From NCBI GenBank assembly GCA_021650915.1, contig CP091279.1, positions 1,740,001 through 1,772,000 of the forward strand: DNA of 32,000 bases, given 5' to 3'. The position numbers and the translations under genes are program-made. Source of the DNA: Candidatus Brocadia sp. (GTDB lineage: Bacteria > Planctomycetota > Brocadiia > Brocadiales > Brocadiaceae). Under the pieces are notes generated by a model. It saw only the letters and a program-made list of their open reading frames with translations. It searched no databases and was not told the DNA's origin. Shown piece by piece: positions 19,093 to 26,066 of this stretch; within the stretch, counting starts at the first letter, position 1; each line of letters starts with the position of its first letter.

Positions 19093-19392
19093 CTACCGTC
19101 TGGAGTTGTTAATCTCCCGCACCACCCTGGATATTAACTTTTCGTATGCCTGGAGGAGCCTTCCCTGCTCATTCTTTTCGAAGGATTTTATAGGCCTGAG
19201 CTCTATTTCACCGATCATGTCGTCAATTTTTTTTGCCAGTGACAGGGCAGGATTCATTTCTTCACCAGACTTTGTCCGGATATCGGGTTGTTTTAATCTT
19301 TCTTTCTGAGGTTTTTTATCGGAAGGTTTCTGACCAGATATAGGCCTCTTTGAAGACTTGCCTCCGGGATTGGTATTTTTTGCTTCATTCAT
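19093..19392 (-). CDS. Hypothetical small protein (basic, Lys/Pro-rich N-terminal half and helical C-terminal half)
   Basis: 99-aa ORF 47 nt downstream of, and co-oriented with, the 171-aa ORF. I recognise no family. Confidence 0.45.
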   Translation of the reverse strand: MNEAKNTNPGGKSSKRPISGQKPSDKKPQKERLKQPDIRTKSGEEMNPALSLAKKIDDMIGEIELRPIKSFEKNEQGRLLQAYEKLISRVVREINNSRR

Positions 19393-19439
19393 AATTTTTA
19401 CTCCTTATCTGAGAAAATGAACCCCTCCACAAAAATCTT

Positions 19440-19955
19440 TTAAAATATCTCATCCTCTTCCAAAGAATCTTGTATCTGTTCCGCAATATCCAGGACGTCT
19501 TCATTGGTGTCTTCCATGTCAGAAATGACGTCTCCCATGGAGACCATGCTTGATTTTATTCCTTCCAGATTCTTTTCAATGTCATAAACTTTTTTTACCA
19601 CATCATCCATACTCTTGCTTTTGGCTGTAAGATCTTTTAACCCGGATTCCATTCTTTTCCCTGTCTCCTGAAAATTCTTTAGCGCAGACTCCATCTGCTT
19701 CTTGTTTGCCTGCAGAATCTTTTCTGATGAAGCGGACAGCTTTTCCACCGCCTCTATACGCTTTCCCAGGGTATCGATTTTTTTTGCCACAGCATCGAAC
19801 GATTTTATCAGAGAAGAAAAATCTGCCGTAAAGGTCTTGATTTGCTTCTCAATCTCTTTTACCCCTTTATCCTTCGATACTGCGATTTTTGGCCGACCGG
19901 ATACTTGTTTTGCATTCGTTTTTTTCATGTTTTTTGTGGTAACTATTTTTACCAC
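19440..19955 (-). CDS. Hypothetical coiled-coil protein with acidic C-terminal tail
   Basis: 171-aa ORF. Heptad-like K/E-rich repeats (IEKQIKTF.., KKIDTLGKRIEAVEKL.., MESALKNFQETGKRMESGLKDL..) are followed by DMEDTNEDVLDIAEQIQDSLEEDEIF. The start is ambiguous: GTG 19955 or ATG 19928. Confidence 0.5.
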   Translation of the reverse strand: MVKIVTTKNMKKTNAKQVSGRPKIAVSKDKGVKEIEKQIKTFTADFSSLIKSFDAVAKKIDTLGKRIEAVEKLSASSEKILQANKKQMESALKNFQETGKRMESGLKDLTAKSKSMDDVVKKVYDIEKNLEGIKSSMVSMGDVISDMEDTNEDVLDIAEQIQDSLEEDEIF

Positions 19956-20239
19956 CCTTCACGTAAATTTTAAAAACTATGCTGTTACAGAGAAAACTTG
20001 CATACCTGATGCCTTGCCAAACCGATAGCATACGTTATGTATACAGTTAATCTTAACCAAAATCAATGATATTTTTTAATTGTAAACTCGTGATACCGCC
20101 AGTATTAAAGACCTCTTGGTAAAAAAGATTGAGAATGGCAAACGGATACTTTATAATTTTGCAACAATATAGCTTTGCGAAAAATCTTGATAATGGCGAT
20201 GTTTCCTGTGTAGTGTAAGGACGAAGTATTTGCTATTTT

Positions 20240-20390
20240 GTAACACTTTAGTTTTTTGAAAAGGTAGAGGCGAAGCATTTGCCTGCTTGGGGTGTGAATC
20301 CATGTATACCACTTTATGGCAAATGCTTCGCCTCTACACCGTGCGGCAATATCGTTATTATGGTAATTTTTCAAAAAACTAAAGTGTTAC
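20240..20390. mobile_element. 151-bp MITE-like foldback element
   Basis: The TIRs are perfect over 23 bp (GTAACACTTTAGTTTTTTGAAAA at 20240-20262; its reverse complement at 20368-20390). The element is flanked by the 8-bp direct repeat GCTATTTT (20232-20239 and 20391-20398). A second internal inverted repeat is gtagaggcgaagcatttgcc (20264-20283) paired with ggcaaatgcttcgcctctac (20319-20338). Confidence 0.8.
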
Positions 20391-20493
20391 GCTATTTTTT
20401 GACATAAACAGACTTATACCCAAACCGGCAAATGTTTCTCCCCCTGCTTTTCATTACCGTTTTATGCCGGTAACCACAATTATAAGGTAATTC

Positions 20494-21360
20494 ATGATCG
20501 AAGAAGCGAGCATTATCATTCCCGCCTATAATGAGAGAGAAGGGATTTCAGCGGTAATTGAATCGCTGCAATCATTGAAAAAAAGACTCGATAACCGATG
20601 GGAGATTATTGTTGTAGACGATGGCTCAACCGACGGGACATCTGAAACGATACAGAATGCCCCCGAAGTGGTGCTAATCCGGCACCCCTTCAACCGCGGT
20701 TACGGTGCTGCCATTAAAACCGGCATCCGGCACGCAAAATATCATACCGTGGTGATATCAGATGCCGACGGGACATACCCCCTACAGGATATTCCCCGGC
20801 TTCTCACCCCCATGGCAAAGAGTGACATGGTCGTTGGCGCCCGGGAAAACAATGATGCCAATATCCCCTTCATAAGACGACCTGCAAAGTGGATATTAAA
20901 CAAACTCGCCAATTATCTGACCGGCAGAAAAATTCCAGACCTGAACTCAGGATTACGGGCAATGAAAAAGGACGTCGTCATGCAATTTATCCATCTCTTG
21001 CCCGATGGTTTCTCTTTCACGACAACGATTACCCTTGCCATGCTCACCAATGACTACACGGTTGAATTCGTCCCTATCGAATATCACAGGCGTTCAGGAA
21101 GATCAAAGATCCGCCCTGTTCGGGACACCTTAAACTTTCTTCAGCTCATCATACGGACGGTTTTATATTTTGATCCCCTCAAGATCTTTTTACCGATAAG
21201 CGCATTCTTCTTCATCGCAAGCATCGCCGTTCTTGTGCTGAGTTATTTATTTACTCCCAAAGTTATGGACATCACTACCGTCATCCTTTTTATCTCCGGA
21301 GTGCAAATTCTTGCCATTGGCATGATTGCCGACCTTATCGATAAAAGGAGCCGGTCATGA
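20494..21360 (+). CDS. GT2 polyprenyl-phosphate glycosyltransferase (GtrB/ArnC/DPM1-like)
   Basis: 288 aa with IIIPAYNE, VVDDGSTDGT and a DXD motif (SDAD). Two C-terminal TM helices (IFLPISAFFFIASIAVLVLSYLF, ITTVILFISGVQILAIGMIADLI) are the hallmark of lipid-phosphate sugar synthases. AAGG lies 7 nt before the ATG. Confidence 0.8.
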   Translation: MIEEASIIIPAYNEREGISAVIESLQSLKKRLDNRWEIIVVDDGSTDGTSETIQNAPEVVLIRHPFNRGYGAAIKTGIRHAKYHTVVISDADGTYPLQDIPRLLTPMAKSDMVVGARENNDANIPFIRRPAKWILNKLANYLTGRKIPDLNSGLRAMKKDVVMQFIHLLPDGFSFTTTITLAMLTNDYTVEFVPIEYHRRSGRSKIRPVRDTLNFLQLIIRTVLYFDPLKIFLPISAFFFIASIAVLVLSYLFTPKVMDITTVILFISGVQILAIGMIADLIDKRSRS

Positions 21361-22775
21361 AAATTCTTTTGATTAACCCCCCTTCAGAAAATGAACTGCT
21401 TGGCAACAACCCCAGCATTATCGAAGAAGAACGCGGTTATAATCCGCCCCTGGGCATATTGTACATCGCCGGTTATCTGGAGAGGCATACAGATTTTCAT
21501 GTGGAGGTACTGGATACCCAGGCAGAGGAGATCGGATACGACCGGTTAGGAAGTATTATTCGGTCAAAATTGCCGGACGTCGTTGGCATTACCACCATGA
21601 CCTTCACCCTGATAGACGTCATAAAAGTTGTTGATCTGGTGAAATCTGTTTGTCCGCATACAAGAGTGGTGCTGGGCGGTCCCCATGTACACATCTATCC
21701 CGAAGAAACCATCACTCTTCCCGGGGTCGATTTTCTGGTCCTGGGCGAGGGAGAAATTTCCTTTAAAGAGCTCGCAGAAAATATCGATAACAAGACCCGA
21801 TTAAAAAGCATTCCCGGCCTGGTCTTTCAAGAAAACGGCAGAGTTATCAACACCGGCTCACGGCCACTGAATGATGACCTCGACAGCCTGCCTTTTCCTG
21901 CCAGACATCTGACCCCGATCCAAAAATACCGTTCCCTCATGGCAAAGAGAACCCCTATTACCACCATGTTTACCAGCCGGGGCTGCCCCTACCGGTGTAC
22001 CTTTTGTGACCGGCCACATCTCGGCAAGAGTTTCCGCGCACGATCTGCATTGAACGTGGTGGACGAAATGGAGGCGTGTGTGAAGCTGGGCATACGGGAA
22101 TTCCTGATCTATGATGACACCTTTACCATTGACAGACAGCGTGTCATAGATGTATGCAATGAGATTACACGAAGAAGACTCAACATCGGATGGGACATCA
22201 GGGCGCGGGTAAATAACATTGACAGAGAGCTGTTAAAGAAACTGAAAGAGGCAAATTGTGAACGCATCCATTACGGGGTGGAATCGGGCAATCCTGAAAT
22301 ACTCAGGATATTAAATAAGGGAATCACCGTAGACCGGGTAAGGACAACTTTTAAAGAAACGAAAGATGCAGGAATATCCGTTCTCGCGTATTTCATGATC
22401 GGGTGCCCAAAAGAAACAAGGAAAGAAATCATGGAAACGATTGCATTTGCCAGGGAGTTAAAGCCCGATTTTGCGCATATCACTATATTCACACCGTTCC
22501 CTGCCACAGAGATATATAAAACGGGACTAAAGGACGGTATTATCAAACATGATTTCTGGAAGGAGTTTGCCAGAAATCCGAAGAAAGGTTTTCAGCCACC
22601 GTGCTGGCAAGAGCATTTTACCCGCGAGGAGATTCAGGAGTTACTGGTGTATGCCTATAAGAGTTTCTATACCCGACCATCCTACATCCTGAAGAGACTC
22701 ACCCACATCCGGTCACCTGGTGAGTTTATAAGAATGGCGCGGGCGGGACTCAAGGTCTTTGGGATGCGATCGTAA
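21357..22775 (+). CDS. B12-binding-domain (class B) radical SAM enzyme
   Basis: 472 aa. The N-terminal region is Rossmann-like and cobalamin-binding-like (KILLINPP, GILYIAGYL, DVVGITTMTF, VVLGGPH). It is followed by CPYRCTFC (CxxxCxxC). The start ATG overlaps the GT2 stop (ATGA at 21357-21360). Confidence 0.85.
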   Translation: MKILLINPPSENELLGNNPSIIEEERGYNPPLGILYIAGYLERHTDFHVEVLDTQAEEIGYDRLGSIIRSKLPDVVGITTMTFTLIDVIKVVDLVKSVCPHTRVVLGGPHVHIYPEETITLPGVDFLVLGEGEISFKELAENIDNKTRLKSIPGLVFQENGRVINTGSRPLNDDLDSLPFPARHLTPIQKYRSLMAKRTPITTMFTSRGCPYRCTFCDRPHLGKSFRARSALNVVDEMEACVKLGIREFLIYDDTFTIDRQRVIDVCNEITRRRLNIGWDIRARVNNIDRELLKKLKEANCERIHYGVESGNPEILRILNKGITVDRVRTTFKETKDAGISVLAYFMIGCPKETRKEIMETIAFARELKPDFAHITIFTPFPATEIYKTGLKDGIIKHDFWKEFARNPKKGFQPPCWQEHFTREEIQELLVYAYKSFYTRPSYILKRLTHIRSPGEFIRMARAGLKVFGMRS

Positions 22776-22941
22776 AAGGGCTTTCTAAACAAGGAGCATG
22801 CCGTTTCACATCCGGCAGAGCGCCTCTTGTTTATCAACTGAACACATTGCTCAATTTAGCCCTTTGGCGCCTTTTACCACCCATTTCTTCTCGTTTACGG
22901 GGGGATGAAATAAAAATGAAGCATTACCGTTTTTCATCATC

Positions 22942-25488
22942 TCACGGTTTCAACGGATCATAGAGATCCGGCAGTGAGTAGACGATGTAGACGTTTAGCG
23001 CGATGAAGAGAAGAAGATAGAGGTAACAGGTGGTTTTCGCAATGGTAACGGTAGTCCGGTGACGGAGAAAATCAACAGCGAAAAACGGTATGATACCTAT
23101 GGCGAGGTAATACCGATACAACCATTGCGACTGGTAGACATTGACGGGAAGGACTTCTTTTACCGGAACGGCGATAAGGATTAAGAGTATCAGAAGCGCC
23201 TTTGCGGTATTCGGTTTTGCGATGAGATCCCGGATAAATAACCCCCCGGCAACTGCCATAAACGGATATATCGGCATAAGAAACCAGCCAAAGGGATAGA
23301 TGTCCGTTGACAACGCACAGATCGTCATGAGGAAAATAAGCACCGTTACCGGAACAGTCAGATCCCGCCTTCCCATGGAATATACGAGCACAAACCAGAG
23401 CCACCAGTAATAGCCCGTTCCAAAATGAGCATAGTTTAGGGTAAGGCGAAAATTACTCAAATATTTCACCACCATATCGAATACGGCGCTTTGGTGCGTA
23501 TCCCGTAATGACATCACCTTGGAAAAAGCCTCCGGATTGATCAGATAACAATACAAAAAATAACTCACGGCAATGACAAAACCCATTCCGGCAGCTATGC
23601 CAGCTTCTTTCCGGAAACCCTTGTAGCCCAATAATAAGGGGACGATCACGATCGCGCAGACACCCGTTTCCTTGCACCAGAGCGAAATTCCGGCCAATGC
23701 CCCGGCGCCGACGATATACCTCTTTTTTCCCGACTCGGTGTATTGCAGGACACACAAGACCCCTGAAATAAGGACGAGCGCAAGGAGGCCGTCGCCTTTG
23801 GCGATTCGACCGGCAGCAACAAAGAGCGGCACCGTAGCATAAAGCAAACTGGCAATTATAGACGTTGAATAAGAACGGTATAGTTTATAAGAAACAGAAA
23901 ATACCAGCAGAATGGTAAGCGTAGAGAAGAAAATGGGCGTTATATTGATGGTTGTTAATCTGCAATCCAAATACCCCTTTGCACCGCAAATTGTCGGCGG
24001 AATACCTGCAAAGATGGAAAACAAGGGGGGATGGGCAATGTAGCGTTTTACGATCGTGAAACGGTCCCCAAACCATTGAAGGGCGTTCTTGTCCCCGTTT
24101 TTATACGCCGACACAAAATATGCACCTTCCCACGACTTAGGCCCTTCACCGTGGAGGATATGATAACCATTCCACGCCTCCTGGTAGACGTCCATGGTAT
24201 CCCCATGAGGGGGGATTACGCTGTAATGGTTGAGTCTGAGAACCGCACCGAGAATTACGATAAAAATCAAGGCCACAACCGGCCAGTTTTGTTGCATATA
24301 CGCAGCATAGCTTTGAAAATACCTTTTTCTTTTCTTTTTCAATACGAGAAACAAGGCAAAACCAAGAGACACAGCTACCGATGCAACAAGAAATCCTCCT
24401 GCACACCACCATCTGGCCTTTCCAAAGCCCCCCCGATTTCCCGAGGGCATGAAATATCGTGATGGAATATTTGTAAGCCTGCTATCGCCCGGTTTCTGCC
24501 AGCGCAGATTCAGTTTTGCATATTTGGCAGTGTTAACGTAATTTACCTGTATCGGTTTCCAACCCTTCCCAAGATGAACTTGTATTTTTGAATCACCTCC
24601 GGCTCGGTATTTCATAACGGGCTTTGAATCGATAAACAGGACCATCTCCCCATTCGTGTCCGCATGAAAGAGGTACTTGCCGTCTGCTGGTATCCAAAGA
24701 GAACCCCGCCAGACGATATTGTAGGGCGGAACATCTTCTGGTGGTCTGAACCGCTGGTTATCCCAGTAATTCACGTAATAGGTTCTCAGCATTCCGAAAT
24801 TCCGGAAGGCTATGGCAGGATCATTTTTTCTGAATACGATGACGCCTTCGTCGATGACGCTCCCTAGCTCAATTTGAAGGGTATAAGGCATAGCAGTGTC
24901 AACCGCATTTCCATCGCAATGTGCTGTTTCATGATAAAATTGAGATGCTGGCACTATGGTCTCTTGTGCATTTGGCGCTTTCCATTTCAGGGAAAGCGCT
25001 GCCCCTCCTCCCACGTCAAAGTATCGCATATGAAAACGATAAAATCCTGGTTCAAGGAATATCGTCCTTCTTTTTTTCACAATCCCATGCAGACCGCCGT
25101 TATCGATAACCTTTTTATCATTCAGAAATAATTCTGACCCATCATCTGAACCCAATACAAAAGTATAATCACCACGACCATCTACTTTTAAAAATCCGTC
25201 CCATTCAATCGTAAAGGGTGAACGATAAGATTTTTGCGCCTCGCCAGGCCAGTTAAAATCCAGAGGCATGCCGTCATGGTTTCCCTTGATAAGCTTCTTT
25301 TTGGGGTAGCCCTCATAGACCTTCTTCATGAGGCCGGAACTCAACCCGGATGCGGATACCTTTACAGGACGGAACGGAATATTTTCTGTCTTCGGTTCAG
25401 CTGCCGGAAAATACAAGTAATACCCCGTCAATCCGCGATTGGGGAGGAGCAATTGGATACCCGAATAGATGCCAGCAATGAGCAGCAT
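22942..25488 (-). CDS. Membrane glycosyltransferase-like protein: signal-anchor, two PA14 domains, ArnT/PMT-like (GT-C, GT39/83-type) polytopic domain
   Basis: 848 aa. PA14-1 spans roughly aa 19-187 (GDYTFVLGSDDGSELFLNDKKVIDNGG...RYFDVGGGAALSLKWKAP). A more divergent PA14-like repeat spans roughly aa 230-345 (GKYLFHADTNGEMVLFID...VNYVNTAKYAKLNLRWQKPG). From about aa 365 there are at least 10 TM helices, a DVYQEAWNGYHILH loop and HPPLFSIF, reminiscent of the ArnT/PMT_2 N-terminal loop. Confidence 0.75.
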   Translation of the reverse strand: MLLIAGIYSGIQLLLPNRGLTGYYLYFPAAEPKTENIPFRPVKVSASGLSSGLMKKVYEGYPKKKLIKGNHDGMPLDFNWPGEAQKSYRSPFTIEWDGFLKVDGRGDYTFVLGSDDGSELFLNDKKVIDNGGLHGIVKKRRTIFLEPGFYRFHMRYFDVGGGAALSLKWKAPNAQETIVPASQFYHETAHCDGNAVDTAMPYTLQIELGSVIDEGVIVFRKNDPAIAFRNFGMLRTYYVNYWDNQRFRPPEDVPPYNIVWRGSLWIPADGKYLFHADTNGEMVLFIDSKPVMKYRAGGDSKIQVHLGKGWKPIQVNYVNTAKYAKLNLRWQKPGDSRLTNIPSRYFMPSGNRGGFGKARWWCAGGFLVASVAVSLGFALFLVLKKKRKRYFQSYAAYMQQNWPVVALIFIVILGAVLRLNHYSVIPPHGDTMDVYQEAWNGYHILHGEGPKSWEGAYFVSAYKNGDKNALQWFGDRFTIVKRYIAHPPLFSIFAGIPPTICGAKGYLDCRLTTINITPIFFSTLTILLVFSVSYKLYRSYSTSIIASLLYATVPLFVAAGRIAKGDGLLALVLISGVLCVLQYTESGKKRYIVGAGALAGISLWCKETGVCAIVIVPLLLGYKGFRKEAGIAAGMGFVIAVSYFLYCYLINPEAFSKVMSLRDTHQSAVFDMVVKYLSNFRLTLNYAHFGTGYYWWLWFVLVYSMGRRDLTVPVTVLIFLMTICALSTDIYPFGWFLMPIYPFMAVAGGLFIRDLIAKPNTAKALLILLILIAVPVKEVLPVNVYQSQWLYRYYLAIGIIPFFAVDFLRHRTTVTIAKTTCYLYLLLFIALNVYIVYSLPDLYDPLKP

Positions 25489-25919
25489 GACGAGAAGGGT
25501 TATAAAAAGTCCCTTTGATTTTGTGAATGGTTCCGTAGAGATTGCTCATTTCCTTTCAGTAAAAGGCAGCATTGCCGGTTCTCTCTTTTTTCAAGATTAT
25601 ATTCTTATGAACGCCCTTTGTAAAGGAATCAAACTATTTGTATGTTTTATTGAAAAAATACCTGAAAGGTTGTATATTCTTAAAAATTAACGGCATCTCC
25701 ATTCCTGATGCAGGCCAGGAAAAGGCATAGTGTCTGGTAATGGTGGGTTCGCTCCGCTCAACCCACCCTACCATAAACCCGCATAAATACGATGAATATT
25801 CCCATAATAATCGCGTTAATTGATTCGATTTTAGAAAGAGAAAAAGATACGTAAATTAGGTTGGGTTTTAAAAGACAAAAACCCAACGACTTTTCGATAC
25901 ATAGCAAATGCCATGATAA

Positions 25920-26022
25920 ACAACCCCCCTCGCCCCCTTTATTAAGGGGGATATCCACCCCCTACCCCCGCCAGCGGGGGACAGGGAAGTCCCCCTTACC
26001 AAAGGGGGATTCAGGGGGTTGT
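25920..26022. other. ~103-nt element: three C5/G5 hairpins enclosed by a 9-bp outer stem (four-way-junction-like)
   Basis: The outer stem is ACAACCCCC (25920-25928) paired with GGGGGTTGT (26014-26022). The inner hairpins are CCCCCTTtattAAGGGGG (25933-25950), CCCCCGccagCGGGGG (25965-25980) and CCCCCTTaccaAAGGGGG (25991-26008). The element ends 44 nt before ATG 26067. Confidence 0.6.
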
Positions 26023-26066
26023 CTGGTATGCTATGATACAAGATTGAAATTCCTTAACATCAAGAA

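Noticed and set aside
20105-20374. 89-aa ORF on the minus strand
   Set aside because: It lies largely inside the 151-bp MITE-like foldback, so its peptide (..GEAFAIKW..QMLRLY..) is a translation of the inverted repeats.
25946-26018. Four G5 runs, considered as a possible G-quadruplex (or an i-motif on the C-rich runs)
   Set aside because: The loops between G-runs are 23-25 nt for two of the three intervals. Each G5 has a perfectly placed complementary C5, so duplex hairpins are the simpler reading. It is kept only as an alternative within the cloverleaf finding.
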